64,000 nucleotides of DNA, taken from the NCBI GenBank assembly GCA_034780895.1, contig JAUZTB010000107.1:81850746-81914745 (forward strand), given 5' to 3'. Positions 1 through 12,814 of the stretch are shown in pieces (positions within the stretch are counted from its first letter, which is position 1; each line of letters opens with the position of its first letter). This DNA comes from Rhynchobatus australiae (Eukaryota). The notes under the pieces were generated by a model. That model had not been told where the DNA came from. It worked only from the letters and a program-made list of their open reading frames with translations, and did no database searches. The position numbers were made by a program, and so were the translations under genes.

Positions 1-30
1 GAATGTTTAATGTTTATGTTTTCTTTGCAG

Positions 31-155
31 CTCCTTCTCCTGTTCTTATGGTGCATTTGCTGAGTGCCACTTCAGATAGCATGACTCTCTCGTGGCTTGC
101 TCCTGAAAAACCTAATGGTATAATTCTGGACTATGAGCTGAAATACCGTGAAAAG
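31..155 (+). CDS. ephb3: EphB3 exon, start of second fibronectin type-III repeat
   Basis: Acceptor ttctttgcAG at 29-30 and donor GTacag at 156; 125 nt; translates APSPVLMVHLLSATSDSMTLSWLAPEKPNGIILDYELKYREK (typical Eph PNGIILDYE motif). Not in the ORF track. Confidence 0.93.
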
Positions 156-582
156 GTACAGTTACCCCATGGATAATTATCAGAGCCTTGCTTTGGCGTG
201 ATGTCATTTTGGTTTTGCCAATCCCAGACTGCTGGAGCATTGTCTTGCCAATAATTATTTTAAATGCATCGAGTGCCGTCTAGTTGATTGTCAAGGAGAA
301 AAATCTGATAGTAGAATTGTTTAAATTTTGCAAATGGCAATGTATTTTTATACTAGTTTTTTTTTTAAAGAAAATGAACAGTTTTCAAAGGTTAGGTGTA
401 GGATAATACTCAAAACATTTTGCATTGCCTGTTCAGTAATGCATCAAATATTTTCTTCACAAAAATGAACTCCATCACAAACTCACTTTTCCATATTAAG
501 TGGATATTGTGTTGTGGGATGGAAAGTCTCCAGGGTTCCCAAACTAACATTTACCTTCCTTAATGCATCTGTTTCATTCCAG

Positions 583-745
583 GACCAAGATGAGTCAACA
601 GCATCGACTATTACAAGTCAGAAAAACACTATCCGCATTGATGGGTTAAAACCAACTGCTTTTTATGGAGTTCAGGTGCGAGCCAGGACTGTGGCTGGAT
701 ATGGGAAGTACAGTGAAACTGTCGATTTCCAGACACTGACGGAAA
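583..745 (+). CDS. ephb3: EphB3 exon, end of second FN3 repeat
   Basis: Acceptor cattccAG and donor GTacgt; 163 nt; DQDESTASTITSQKNTIRIDGLKPTAFYGVQVRARTVAGYGKYSETVDFQTLTE; phase matches neighbours. Confidence 0.94.
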
Positions 746-1151
746 GTACGTCCATTTTATTTAGAGCTTGGCCAATAGTACTCAACAGATGTATTTCCAG
801 TTGGGAAATGAAATTAGTTGCTATGAATTATTAACATTATTAAAAGTGAATTATCATTTTTGCAAAAGTAAGAATAATCAAAGTCTCTTATATTTTTACA
901 TATTTATTCTTCAGTGATATTTGTCAATAAATATACATATTACATAAATACCTAAATATTAACATAATATAATTCTTGAGTGGTGCAGAACCATGGGATG
1001 GTGTTTAAAAAGATTAAACCTTTGTTGAAGAGGATTGTAGATTTGAAATAATACACAAATTGTTAAAGGCTCTGCATTTCATTAATTGTCATTGTGTTTG
1101 TGAAACCACTGGTTGTGCTCTGACTAAAACCTATATTTTTTCCCCATTTAG

Positions 1152-1260
1152 ATGAGAATAGTAAAAGCATCCAGGAACAACTACCCTTGATTGTAGGTTC
1201 TGCTACTGCAGGCCTGGTTTTCATTGTAGCTGTGCTGGTCGTTGCTTTTGTTTGTATCAG
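1152..1260 (+). CDS. ephb3: EphB3 transmembrane exon
   Basis: Acceptor ccatttAG and donor GTaaca; 109 nt; NENSKSIQEQLPLIVGSATAGLVFIVAVLVVAFVCIR, very close to the EphB3 LQEQLPLIVGSATAGLVF transmembrane segment. Confidence 0.94.
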
Positions 1261-1373
1261 GTAACATAATATTTTAATTTATTCAGAAAAAATCATGCAT
1301 AAAAATTTTTTATTGTGTGTAATTTGTTTGAGAACCACAATAAAGCTTCACCTTTTTTTCGTTTTGTATTAAG

Positions 1374-1382
1374 GAAACGTGG
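1374..1382 (+). CDS. ephb3: Start of the short EphB3 juxtamembrane exon, truncated by an assembly gap
   Basis: Pyrimidine tract and tAAG acceptor, then G AAA CGT GG (R-K-R-G) in phase with the TM exon; N run begins at 1383. Confidence 0.65.
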
Positions 1383-2163
1383 NNNNNNNNNNNNNNNNNN
1401 NNNNNNNNNNNNNNNNNNNNNNNNNNNNNNNNNNNNNNNNNNNNNNNNNNNNNNNNNNNNNNNNNNNNNNNNNNNNNNNNNNNNAATGTTATCCTCTCAT
1501 TAAAAACACGCTCAGAGTCTTATACTTTGACTCATTCATGCATGTTTGAGCAATCCTGTACTGGTCACTTGCTGAAAGGGGCGAGGCAGAAGCAGAAAGA
1601 GGTTTTTAAATTTCAAGGTGTTTACCTCAATAGTCATGCCCTCTGCTAGGTGCTGAAGGAAGGGTATAATTTGTTGGGAAGAAGAAGCACTAGTGTATCT
1701 CTGCTACTCTTAGTTCCACAACAGCAATTTTATGTCAGTCATTTTTCAAAGTAATAGTGGCAGCAGTGTATTCTGAAGAATTATAATTGGAGCAGGATGA
1801 ATTTGCTCTCCCCACATTTCAATTCATCCCAACAGCCTAGAAACAAATATAAGGGCCCTCATTTCCACATGTTTTATTGGCCAAATGTGTCACCAAAATG
1901 AGCTTTCTTTACTGATGTTTAATGTCTGTAAAACAAGACAGAACTAGGTCCAATTTCTGGCACATTAACATATTTGAGCTGATCATTAATCTAGAAACTA
2001 TAAATGTGTTATCCTGTTAATGATGTTTACCACTTATCCTTATACACTCANNNNNNNNNNNNNNNNNNNNNNNNNNNNNNNNNNNNNNNNNNNNNNNNNN
2101 NNNNNNNNNNNNNNNNNNNNNNNNNNNNNNNNNNNNNNNNNNNNNNNNNNTATACACTCATAG

Positions 2164-2286
2164 TCACACCAGGAATGAAGGTGTATATTGATCCTTTCAC
2201 CTATGAAGATCCAAATGAAGCTGTCAGAGAATTTGCGAAGGAAATCGACGTATCCTGTGTGAAAATTGAAGAAGTGATTGGAGCAG
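2164..2286 (+). CDS. ephb3: EphB3 juxtamembrane tyrosines and kinase start
   Basis: Acceptor catAG and donor GTagac; 123 nt; [41 protein letters not shown]. Confidence 0.96.
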
Positions 2287-2392
2287 GTAGACTAAAAGGC
2301 ATTGACATTCTCTTATACTAAAATATACTTATATTAATCAATTTTTACTTAGTGCTTAATTTGAAATTTAATTTGTGTTTTTTTTTATGCAG

Positions 2393-2640
2393 GTGAATTT
2401 GGGGAAGTATGCAGAGGACGCCTTAAACTTACAGGGCGTAGGGAAATTTTTGTAGCAATAAAGACACTTAAAGCTGGCTACACAGAAAGGCAACGAAGAG
2501 ATTTCCTCAGTGAAGCCAGTATTATGGGACAATTTGATCATCCAAATATCATCCACTTGGAGGGAGTGGTCACTAAAAGCCGCCCTGTCATGATTGTTAC
2601 TGAGTTTATGGAGAATGGTGCCTTGGACTCCTTCCTCAGG
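2393..2640 (+). CDS. ephb3: EphB3 kinase N-lobe exon
   Basis: Acceptor tatgcAG and donor GTatgt; 248 nt; [82 protein letters not shown], including the VAIK lysine. Confidence 0.96.
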
Positions 2641-2757
2641 GTATGTAGCTTATGCATTCTGTTTCTTTGCAGTGGTTGAACATAATCAAACAAGGTACCT
2701 AATAAGCACAACACACTTATGCACAATTCACTGTTGAACATTGTCCCCACAAAATGT

Positions 2758-2847
2758 TTCAGATGAAAGGTTTTTACCCTGAAGCACTAATGCTGTTTCT
2801 CTCTCCATGCATGCTGCTTGACCTGTTTTCAGCATTCTCTGTTTTTA
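2758..2847 (+). mobile_element. Degenerate Penelope-type terminal fragment
   Basis: CAGATGAaaggtttttaccctGAAGC...atgctgcttgacctg...cagcattctctgtttt resembles the copies at 32332, 46792 and 51821. Confidence 0.45.
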
Positions 2848-3206
2848 GTTGGCTTTGTGATCATGTATGATGATTTTTTTTTATCTAGCTACTTCATTCT
2901 AATCTTAGGCTAAATATGACACAGCAATATATACTATTAATTGGCACAGATGTGCCAAACTGAAGTGGAATGTCCTGTTGGGGTTTAATGTATCATACTT
3001 GTCACATTTCTTTGTGTGATACACTGCAGGTGTGCTCTGCATGGTCACCTGCTTCAAGGAATTTCATTTTTTTGTTCATCAAGGTTAACTCAGGAATTTC
3101 CCTGGAAATTTGAGCTCCTCTTCTGCTGCTTTTATGGAAACAGAATCTCTAATATGTTTTATTTGTTGAATTTCTGACCTCGGTTGTTGTTTTGCTTGCT
3201 TTGCAG

Positions 3207-3422
3207 ATGAATGATGGACAGTTCACAGTAATCCAGCTGGTTGGCATGTTGAGAGGGATTGCAGCTGGGATGAAGTATTTGTCAGAAATGAACTATGTGC
3301 ACAGAGATCTGGCAGCCAGGAACATTCTCGTCAACAGTAACCTTGTGTGTAAAGTGTCTGATTTTGGCTTGTCAAGGTTCCTGGAGGATGATGCAGCTGA
3401 TCCAACCTACACAAGTTCACTG
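3207..3422 (+). CDS. ephb3: EphB3 kinase catalytic and activation loop exon
   Basis: Acceptor ttgcAG and donor GTgagg; 216 nt; HRDLAARN and DFG motifs intact; ends ...DPTYTSSL. Confidence 0.97.
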
Positions 3423-4256
3423 GTGAGGGCCAGATTGGGTTAAGTTGTGTGCATTTTTTTGTCAAGTTATGAAAACATTTGAGAAATTTCAGTGAAATGA
3501 GATAGTTATGTTGTAAACTTTATATTGGTTGGCTGTGAATCATTAAAAAATTCAAGTGATAGAACTATTTATTGTATCCTGTATTTTAACTTTCAGTTCA
3601 AGTACCATTTTAATTTATTTTTTTAATTACTGGCACACTTTGGAAGCATTCCAATCTACTGTTAAAGCTCCTATGTGCTGTTGCTTCTTGTGTTGTATTT
3701 CTAAGGAACTTGAAAGAAATTTGGATCAGTTTTTTTTCTGACCCACATGATAGAAGTGCATGTTGGTTGTTGGACTGAGAAGCAGTAACAAACCATTTCT
3801 TCCCTGCATGAGCTGCACTTCCCATCACAATTTCCACCAGACAGGTGACATGCAGACTTGTTCTGAATGCAGCAGATTTAATTGGAGGGAGGTGGAAAGA
3901 CACTGAGAACAGCCTGGGAAGATTTTGAGGAGAATTTTTTTAGGACATGCAGGATTAGGAATGCTCCTGTGTTTCTTCGAACTGTTTTTGGACCTGCAAC
4001 CCCAGGTGTGAACAGCACATGTTTCATACATTTTTATGTGAAAATGGCAGACCTATTGAAATAGCTTCCTGGGTACTTTAGGCCCTGCTTGTTGGGAATC
4101 TATTTAATGATCTGTCTGAGAATTGAATATGACAGGCCTTTATCATAGGGATGTCCAAAATACCCATTCATTTTTCCTCTGATAATCTCCTGTTTTGCAG
4201 CTATTGATTTAGAATTGACTCAGTTTTTCTTTGTGAATGGGAATCATACTCACACC

Positions 4257-4523
4257 CTAGAGGTGTATAAAATGTTGAGAGGGATAGATAGAGTAGACAG
4301 CCAGCGCCTCTTTCCCAGGGCACCGATACTCAAGACAAGAGGGCATGGATTTAAGATAATGTGGGGGAAGTTCAGGGGGAATGTCAGAGGGAGCTTTTTC
4401 ACCCATAGAGTGGTAGGTGCATGGAATGAGCTGCCTGGGGTGGTGTTGGAGGCGGATACGTTGGACAGGTTCAAGAGGTTGTTGGATAGGCATATGGAGG
4501 AGTGTGGGATAGAGGGATATGCG
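4257..4523 (+). mobile_element. CR1-type LINE, 3' ORF2 fragment
   Basis: EVYKMLRGIDRVDSQRLFP...TRGHGFK...FFTHRVVGAWNELP...FKRLLDRHM is the CR1 ORF2 C-terminus; runs into a gap. Confidence 0.88.
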
Positions 4524-4664
4524 NNNNNNNNNNNNNNNNNNNNNNNNNNNNNNNNNNNNNNNNNNNNNNNNNNNNNNNNNNNNNNNNNNNNNNNNNNNNN
4601 NNNNNNNNNNNNNNNNNNNNNNNNNNNNNNNNNNNNNNNNNNNNNNNNNNNNNNNNNNNNNNNN

Positions 4665-4825
4665 AAAAAAAAACTGCAGTTGCTGTAAATCTGAAATCAA
4701 ACAGAAATTGCTGGAACCATTCAGCAAGTTAAGAGAAGCTGATAACATTGCAGGTTGGAGACCTTTCATTAGTTCTCCTTCCACAGATGCTGCCTGACCT
4801 GCTGAGTTTTCCAGCATTTTCTAAT
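4665..4825. mobile_element. Penelope-derived fold-back fragment
   Basis: agaaattgctggaaccattcagcaag is inverted relative to cctgctgagttttccagcattttct; decayed hammerhead-like core on the minus strand at ~4740-4775. Confidence 0.6.
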
Positions 4826-5306
4826 GTTATTGTTCACATTTTCCTCAATCCAGGTTGGATTGCTTTGAGTTCATTCTGGCATCTTGGATTTGGATTGGCT
4901 TGGGCAATCGTTTTGTTTTGATTCAGTAAAGGGATTCCACACACACCCCTCCCCCCTGCTTTGGCTCAATATTAGTATAAATGTATTTTTTAATATCGAA
5001 ATCCAAATACTGATTACCATGTTGACACCAAATTAAATCCAGCAGGAATTTAATTCTGAGTGAAATTATCAGTAAAAATCACTGACCCTCTATTACAGAC
5101 TCAGCTATATATTTTACTGCACAGTCTTCCCATGAGTAACTGTGTGCCCAGGCAAATCCAGAAGAGCACTCAGTTTACAAAAATCATCCCTAGCAATAGA
5201 ATAGACCCACTGGTAAACTGCTGGTGTTCGCTGACATTTTGTGTGTGCACATTCCCCAACCTAGCCCCGACAGCCAACATCATACATGCTCTGCATTCCC
5301 TTGCAG

Positions 5307-5500
5307 GTTATCAACGCCGTCGAACAAGACTACCGCTTGCCCCCTCCGATGGACTGCCCAACTGCTCTCCATCAGTTGATGTTGGACTGCTGGGTGAAAG
5401 ATCGTAACAACAGGCCCAAGTTTGCCCAGATTGTAAACACACTGGATAAACTCATTAGGAATGCAGCTAGCCTGAAGATTGTCTCCGTTGCAAATCCAGG
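5307..5500 (+). CDS. ephb3: EphB3 kinase C-terminal exon
   Basis: Acceptor ttgcAG and donor GTaagt; 194 nt; [57 protein letters not shown]... Confidence 0.96.
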
Positions 5501-6505
5501 GTAAGTCATATTGCAAGGTGGAAATACTGTTTTGAAGACCAGATAATGCAACTTTGGATGTTGACAAATTTCTCAGCTTTTAATCACTTATATTAGATAA
5601 TATAATCATTGTTTACTCATTTTAATGATGCCATTGAAAGGAACTTAATTTGATCAAAAGGCATTTCATTCACAAGCATACAGAATACTTTCATGTTAAG
5701 TGACCAACTTTAATATCTTGATCTTTGGCGCCTGCTGTTCAAGCAGGGAGTCTGTACAGGTCATGACCCTGCTTATCTTGTGGGCTTTGGTATAAATGTC
5801 AGTCATGTAAGTCAACCTGTGGGACCACAAAATACAAAATGTTCTCTTCAGTAAATGGAGAGATACTGATTTGGAGCCTTTCTTTCTGCCTGTGCATCCA
5901 GTTCCTTCCTGATGAGTGAAAGACAGGAAGCAATAATAATGTGACCTTTTTGTTTTGAACTAAAGGTTAAAAGGTCAGGTGACCCTTAGTTGATAAGAAA
6001 GATAAGAGACCCAGATGAAGAATGAAAGAGGAATACAAACAAGGTGCACTGATTAGGTCAGTGGAGACACAAAATTGAAAAAAAAATGCTACTGGGAATA
6101 AACAATGAACTGTCAGAAAGTTTGGGTGGCATATCTTAAATAGATATAAAAGTAAATAATTTTAGATTAAGTCTCCTTCAAGTAATATTAACAAGGATAA
6201 ATCCTTCAACTGAAACAATCTGCTAATCTTACCTGAATCACATGTCAAAACTCAAATTAAACTTTCATGGCAAAATGATTAAGGAATCCAGAGAAATTTG
6301 AGGTAATTAATTTCATGATCATTGAAGCAATGAGGTTTTTTAAAAGAAGATCCCTTCCCCACGCATAGCAGGAAGGAAGAAGCTCAGGAAAGACACAAGA
6401 GGAACTTTGATGACAGGATTGATATCAGGTCCATAGATAACATTAATGGGCTATTCTTTGAGACTGAATCTTCAGCTTGGGCACAAACAGCAGCACTTGC
6501 TAGCA

Positions 6506-6600
6506 TTGTCCTGATACAGGGTCTCAACCCAAAACATTGACTATCCCTTCGCTTTCAGATGCTACCTTGACCCACTGAGTTCCTCCAGCAGCTTGCTTTT
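6506..6600 (+). mobile_element. Penelope-type terminal fragment with decayed hammerhead motif
   Basis: gtcCTGATACagggtctcaacccAAAACattgact...agatgctaccttgacccactgagttcctccagca. Confidence 0.6.
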
Positions 6601-6849
6601 GACTTGCAAGCACTTACTGGCATAAGATATAATTGAGCAGACAAGGAAGATGAAATTCATTAGTGTCATTGCAGCACATTCCAACAGGGGGATTGCTCTT
6701 TGTCACCACATAGGATTGTCAGTCCTATTATCACAGAATGACCACATAGTACAGAAGGCATACATTGGCCCATTGACCCAGTATCAGCTCTTTGGATAGA
6801 TTTAATGAAATTAGTCTCTTTCCCCATAACACTGCAATTTTTTCTTCAG

Positions 6850-6923
6850 ATATCCAAAGATGTACGGGTAGGTTAACATGGGTTTAAAATGGGCGGCACA
6901 GACTCATTCAGCTGAAAGGGCCT
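6850..6923 (+). mobile_element. V-SINE 3' tail fragment
   Basis: Matches the tail of the SINE copies at 22340-22415 and 23925-23995. Confidence 0.7.
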
Positions 6924-7566
6924 NNNNNNNNNNNNNNNNNNGCCTCCAGTCGTTTTACCAATTATTTTCAACCTGTGATTTCTGGTTAATTATACTTTTG
7001 CCAATGGAAACAGATACTACTTCTAAAAAAATATATAACTGTGAACATCTTGATCAAATCTTCCCCAAAATGTTCTTTGCTTAAAAAAGAGCAGTCTAAA
7101 TCTCTCCATACAACTGAAGTATCATTTCTGATACCATTCCTGGAAATATCCTCTGCATTCCAAGAACTTAAAATCCACCCTAAAATATGATGCCAGAAAT
7201 TTACCATAGCACTCCAGCTGTGCCTAACCAGGATTTTGTGAAAGTTTTATGCTTTAATACTCCTTTTGCTCTGTGTATGGAAGCTAAAGGTCTTGGATGC
7301 CTTTCTATTTATCAGGGAGTCCAGGGAAATCATTATTTTGTTGTTCCTTATAAGAAGCTTTTACAGATTGGTAACTAGCTTGAGAATACCTGAGGTGATT
7401 TTATATATAACCCACATTACCTGTGGGTATAAATTAAATAGATTAAGTTATACCAGTGATATAATTTAATTGAGGAAGTCATGGTGATAACAGTGTCAGT
7501 CAGCTCAAAGACATAGATAAGTGTAGGCTTTGTGGTTTGACCAGTGGGAAGTTGGTGATACAGTCG

Positions 7567-7636
7567 CTATAGGAAGGATGTGATTGCACTGGAGAGGATG
7601 CAGAGGCGATGTTCCATGGCATCACTTAAGTATGAG
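7567..7636 (+). mobile_element. CR1 fragment running into a gap
   Basis: YRKDVIALERMQRR, a CR1 ORF2 motif. Confidence 0.6.
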
Positions 7637-10094
7637 NNNNNNNNNNNNNNNNNNNNNNNNNNNNNNNNNNNNNNNNNNNNNNNNNNNNNNNNNNNNNNNN
7701 NNNNNNNNNNNNNNNNNNNNNNNNNNNNNNNNNNNNNNNNNNNNNNNNNNNNNNNNNNNNNNNNNNNNNNNNNNNNNNNNNNNNNNNNNNNNNNNNNNNN
7801 NNNNNNNNNNNNNNNNNNNNNNNNNNNNNNNNNNNNNNNNNNNNNNNNNNNNNNNNNNNNNNNNNNNNNNNNNNNNNNNNNNNNNNNNNNNGTTTATACC
7901 ATAGTATTAAGCCCTTTACATGAGTAAGGGGCCTGACACCATTTTAAGGTCCTACCTTCAAGGATGGTTTGCCCCGAATCAGCCAATTTCTTTGTGAGTT
8001 GGCTGTTGGGAAGCGGTGGGCCAACCATGAGCTCCACATTGAAGGAACTGATTGACAACTCAGACTCTATGAAGTACCATTCCCCTCAAGCCCACTTCAT
8101 CACAATCATAGCTAAACTAAACTGCCCTGTCCCTGTCACTCCCAATCCTAATACTGGTCAGATCTCTTTCCAAAGTATGCCTCTCACACCGCTCTCTCTG
8201 AACATCAACAAAGGCTGACCACCAGAGAATTTCTTTAGTGCCATTAGGATATGAGGCAGTGCAAAATATTTTCGCTGTGTATCCAAAACTGACTGTAGCT
8301 CAATTCCAAGGAGTCCTCATGTCTAACCGTGAATCCTCAGTGAGTCAGTTGTTTTTGAAGTACAGAGTACAAAGAGCAGCTTGTGTTCATAATGTTTTCA
8401 CCATGCTGAAAAGTTCATGCGCTTCTGTTCACAGATGTGTGGGAATTGTGGATTTGGTGTGATTCTCCATCATTGAATTGCCTGCTGGAATGTATTAGGT
8501 TCACACTTGAGAACTAGCTACCTCTACAATGGACAGGGGTAGGGGAATGGGGTGAAGGGTGGAGGGGGAGCAGAGTTGGAGAACAGAGCTTGCAAATGCC
8601 TGTGAAACTACAACATTGTTAGAACGATAGGAAGCACTGGTAGATGGAATGGAAATGATGATTCTTTATTTCTATTTAGTACTTGTTCACTGAAAGATCA
8701 AAGACATCCGCTCTTTTCCCTCTACCCTCATGTGTAAGTAGAAAAGATGTAACGAGTTAAATTCATACAAGCCTAATTTTGATGCAAACACTGCTGGAGG
8801 TGGAAATAAATGAAACACATGCCCTGAATGACCATGTCAGCTTTAGCATATGCTGTGGACTGATCTGTAAAATGTCAGACAGGCATTACTTCCCTCACTG
8901 TAAAAGATTAACAGGAAGAAATGAAACGGCAACTTAAGAGGATTAGTGGTCTGGAAGAGATGGGGCCTTTTTGTTTGTTCCTTTCACCAAGGCAGAAGAG
9001 ACGTTGCCCATGAGAAAATGTTTTTAGCCCCTGCAAGGAGGTGCAGAGAAACAAATCCTCAAGAATTTTTTTAAGTCACAGTACATCTGCTACATCCTTG
9101 ATTTGTTCCATATCCTTTTCCTGGCTCTAAATGTTCAGCTGGTAGTGATATGGCCTGCATTCCCAAATATCCAAAGGGCCTTATTAATTTTTTTGCTTTT
9201 TATCACATGTGTATTATGAGTGGCATCATTAATTAACAGACTAATTTCAATATTGGCCTATGTGGCAGGTTGATTTATGAAGTAAAGATTTCTAATCATG
9301 ACATGATTTGTTTCCTCAAGAATTCTCAACCTTTTCCTCTGCAGTCTGTTTTACATTATCTTTGAATCTTTCCTATGGATGCCTTGGTTGGAACATTTTG
9401 GCAATTTTCACTCATAAAACACTTTGTGTGTCCAAAGCAAACTAACCTTTGTATAATGTTCAACAATGCTGTGTATCAAATTCTTTCCTGATGTCCTCAT
9501 CACCAATTGTTCTCACACGATTCAACTGAAAATCTTTAATTATTTTATCTTCTACATTTTAGAGTATACTGTATGTCATAAATATCAGCAATATAGTCTA
9601 GTTTAATTTCATGCCCAGAGGCATAAATGTTATATCTACATTTTAATATATTTTCTTTTTAGCTACTGAATTTTATATCCTAGTGTTTTTAATACAGTAT
9701 AGCCACCCATTATTTTACTGTTTCTCATAAGGTAACCCCAATAAAATGACTGGTTCCTTCTGTAGATAATTAGTCAAAGAGTAAAGAATAAAACTAAATT
9801 ATCTTGTGGTGAAACTGAACAACCAAAACTTTTTAAAAATAGTATTTTTTTAAGGAGTTCAATATGCTGGTGACCAATATTTATTTAGAATTGAGTAACA
9901 TTGTCTCTCCAGCCCAGACTCATTTCCAGAATTAACGAAGCCAGACTGCATACACAGTCAGCCAAGGCAGAAACTCTACTCCCTGGGTGCAGGTTATAAC
10001 ATAAACACAGAGCTGGAAAATTCCACTTGCCAACTGGTCAGGACTGAAATGCTTTCACTCTTGAACAAAAATAAAATACTAATTTTCTTCCTCC

Positions 10095-10925
10095 ATTGAT
10101 TTAGTCATAAATATAGTTGGGAAAGTGAGCTGTGAGAAGGATACGAAGAATCCACCAAGGTACACGGAAAGGTTGAGCGGGTGGGTATGACAATGGCAAT
10201 GTGAAATGTGAGGAGATTTGAGATTATTCACATAGCAAGGAAGAATGAAAAGATACTAGTAGATGCTAGTTCACTGAAGGTTTGGGAGTGCTGGTACATG
10301 ATTGAACATGTAAGTATGGCAAACACGTGAAATCAAATGGGATATTGGCCTTTGTTGCAAGGGAATTGGAGAAAAAGTGTGAAGAAGTCTTGTCGTAGAT
10401 GTGGAGGCATTGGTGAGACCACACCTGGGGTTCTACATGTTGTCTTGCTCCCTTTTCCTAAGAGAGGAAGTTTTTGCCTTGGAAATGATGGAAGATTGAT
10501 TCCTGAGATGGAGAGGCTGTTTTTTCTTCAGGAGAGATCGGGTAAAGTGGGACTATATGTACCTGTGTTTGGAGAAATGAGGATTGATCTCATTGAGACA
10601 CAAAAGATTCTGAGAGGTGTTAACAGATAAAATAGTGGCAGTTTTGTTTTCTAGAGCTGAAGAGTTAGAACAAAAGTTTCAACATTAAGGGTTAGGCATT
10701 TAAGACTGAGATGAGGAGAGATTTCTTTACTCAAAAGGTTATGAATCTTAAAGAGTTCTACAGCTCAGAGTGGTGCATGCTCAATGAAGTCATCATTTTT
10801 TTGGAATTGATTAGGGGAATCAGGAATCAGATGGTAATATGGATTTAATGTAGAGGATCAGCCATGATCTTCTTTGAATGGTGGAGCCTTATAGCCTACA
10901 ACTACTTCACGTTTCTTATGTTCTT
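10095..10925 (+). mobile_element. Old degenerate CR1 LINE 3' portion
   Basis: Remnants such as LVRPHL, MRIDLIETQKILRG and gagatgaggagagatttctttactcaaaaggtt, ending in a ...tttcttatgttctt 3' tail. Confidence 0.75.
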
Positions 10926-11034
10926 TATCCATTTACTTCACCCTCTATCATTCTTTGAGGCCTGCTTTTGGTTTTCTCTGTTCCAGTTAATTTGACATTG
11001 GTACTCAAGAATTGTTTTGTTCCTTTTTATTTTA

Positions 11035-12440
11035 CAACAGTGCTGGGAAAGTTATTGGAAGGGATTCTAAGGGACAGATTTATATGCATTTGGAAGGGCA
11101 AGGACCGATTAAGGATACTCAGCATGGCTATCTGCGTGGGAAATCATGTCTCACAAATTTGATTAAGTTTTCTGAAGAGGAAGAGAATTGATGAGGGCAG
11201 TGTAGTAGATGTTGTCTATGTGGACTTCAGCAAGGACTTAGACAAGATCCCTCATGGTAGACTGGTCTGGAAGGTTAGAACACAGGGTGAGTTAGCAAAT
11301 TAGATACAAAATTAGCTTGGTGGTGGTGGAGGGTTGTTTGTCAAATTGAGGCCTGTGACCGGTGGTGTGCCACAGGTTGGTTATCATATTTATTAGTGAT
11401 TTGGATGAAAATGTAGGTGGCATGATTTGTAAGTTTTCAGATGACACTAAACTTGATGATATAGTGGACAGTGAAGAAGGTTGCCTAAGGTTACAACAGG
11501 ATATAGATGAACGGGGAAAGTGGGCAAGGGAATGGCTGATGGAATTTAACTCAGACAAGTGCGAGGTGATGCATTTTAGGAAGTTAAACCAGAACGGGGC
11601 ATACACAGTGAATGACAGGCCCTGGGGAGTGCTGATGAACAGAGAGACCTTGGGGTACTAGTACATAGTTTCCTGAAAATGCAAATACAGTTAGACAGGG
11701 CAGTGTAAGGTGTATGGTATGCCTGCTGTCATTGGCCGAAGCATTGAGTAGAGGAGTTGGGATGTCACGTTATGGTTGTACACAATGTTGATTAAGCCGG
11801 ACCTGGAGTATTGTGTGCAGTTCTGGTCACCACACTATAGGAAGCACATAATTAAGCTGGAGAGGTGTTGAAAATATTCACAAGGATTGGTGGGCTTGAA
11901 TTATCAGAGACCTAGGATTACAATGTTTAAAAGGCATCTAAACGGGTACAAGGATAGGAAAGGTTGAGAGGGCCGTGAGCCAAATGCGGGCAAATGGGTG
12001 TAGCTTAGGTTGGCAACTTGCTTGGCATGGATGATATGGGCTGAAGGTCCTATTTCTGTGCTGCATAACTTTATGGCTCTAGACGGTCTGTTTTCCCTCA
12101 AGCAAGGGAGGTGTAAGGGTGACATAATAGAGATAAAATTATGAGAGGTGTAGATGGGGTAGATACCCAGTGTCTATTTCCCATGATAGGAGTGTCTAAA
12201 ACTAGAGGGCATAAGTTCAAGCTGAGAGGAAGAAGGAGGTTTAAAGGGGATATGAGGGGTAGATTTTTTCATGCAAAGAATAGTTAGTATCTGGAATGAG
12301 CTGCCAGAGGAGGTGGTGGAGGCAGGAACAGTAACAACATGTAAGAAGAATCCAGACAGGTACTTGAGTGAACAGGGCTGGAAGGATGTTGAAATAAAAC
12401 AGGCCAGTGGGAAAAGTGTAGATAGGCATGATGGTCGATG
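11035..12440 (+). mobile_element. CR1 LINE with reverse-transcriptase region, with a nested CR1 3' end
   Basis: GKLLEGILRD, VDVVYVDFSK and IFISDLDENVGGMICKFSDDTKL...EFNSDKCEVMHF (RT core), then QRIVSIWNELPEEVVEA; many frameshifts. Confidence 0.9.
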
Positions 12441-12814
12441 TAGATTAATAATCAAGCCTTTTTGGTCAAGAAGTGATTCATATAAATATATTGTGATCAC
12501 TGATTCAGAGTGAGGACCCTGAAAACAAAAGCTTTGGCACATTTACTGCATGGTTACATAGCAATGCAGAGGGCACACAGGAAGCATCAGTGGGGGTTGT
12601 TGTCACCCTTTCATCAGCATTACATCTTAAAGCAGTACAGATATGCTTGGTCAGCTGTCAAGGATCAGACCTGAACTGCTTTAAGTAGTCTAAATGGGGC
12701 TTCTGTGATCCTTATCATCCTCAGTACCTGAAGTGACTTGTTCCAGACTCACTCTGGATACTGATGTAAGCAGGGCTTAAGATGTGGACTGATTTTGTCT
12801 TATCTTCTCCACAG

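Noticed and set aside
3882-4064. ORF MEGGGKTLRTAWE as the missing kinase exon
   Set aside because: Only superficial GGK similarity; no WTAPE or DVWS motifs and no suitable splice sites.
5905-5930. CTGATGAgtGAAA hammerhead-like string
   Set aside because: No stem II and no UH cleavage site in register.
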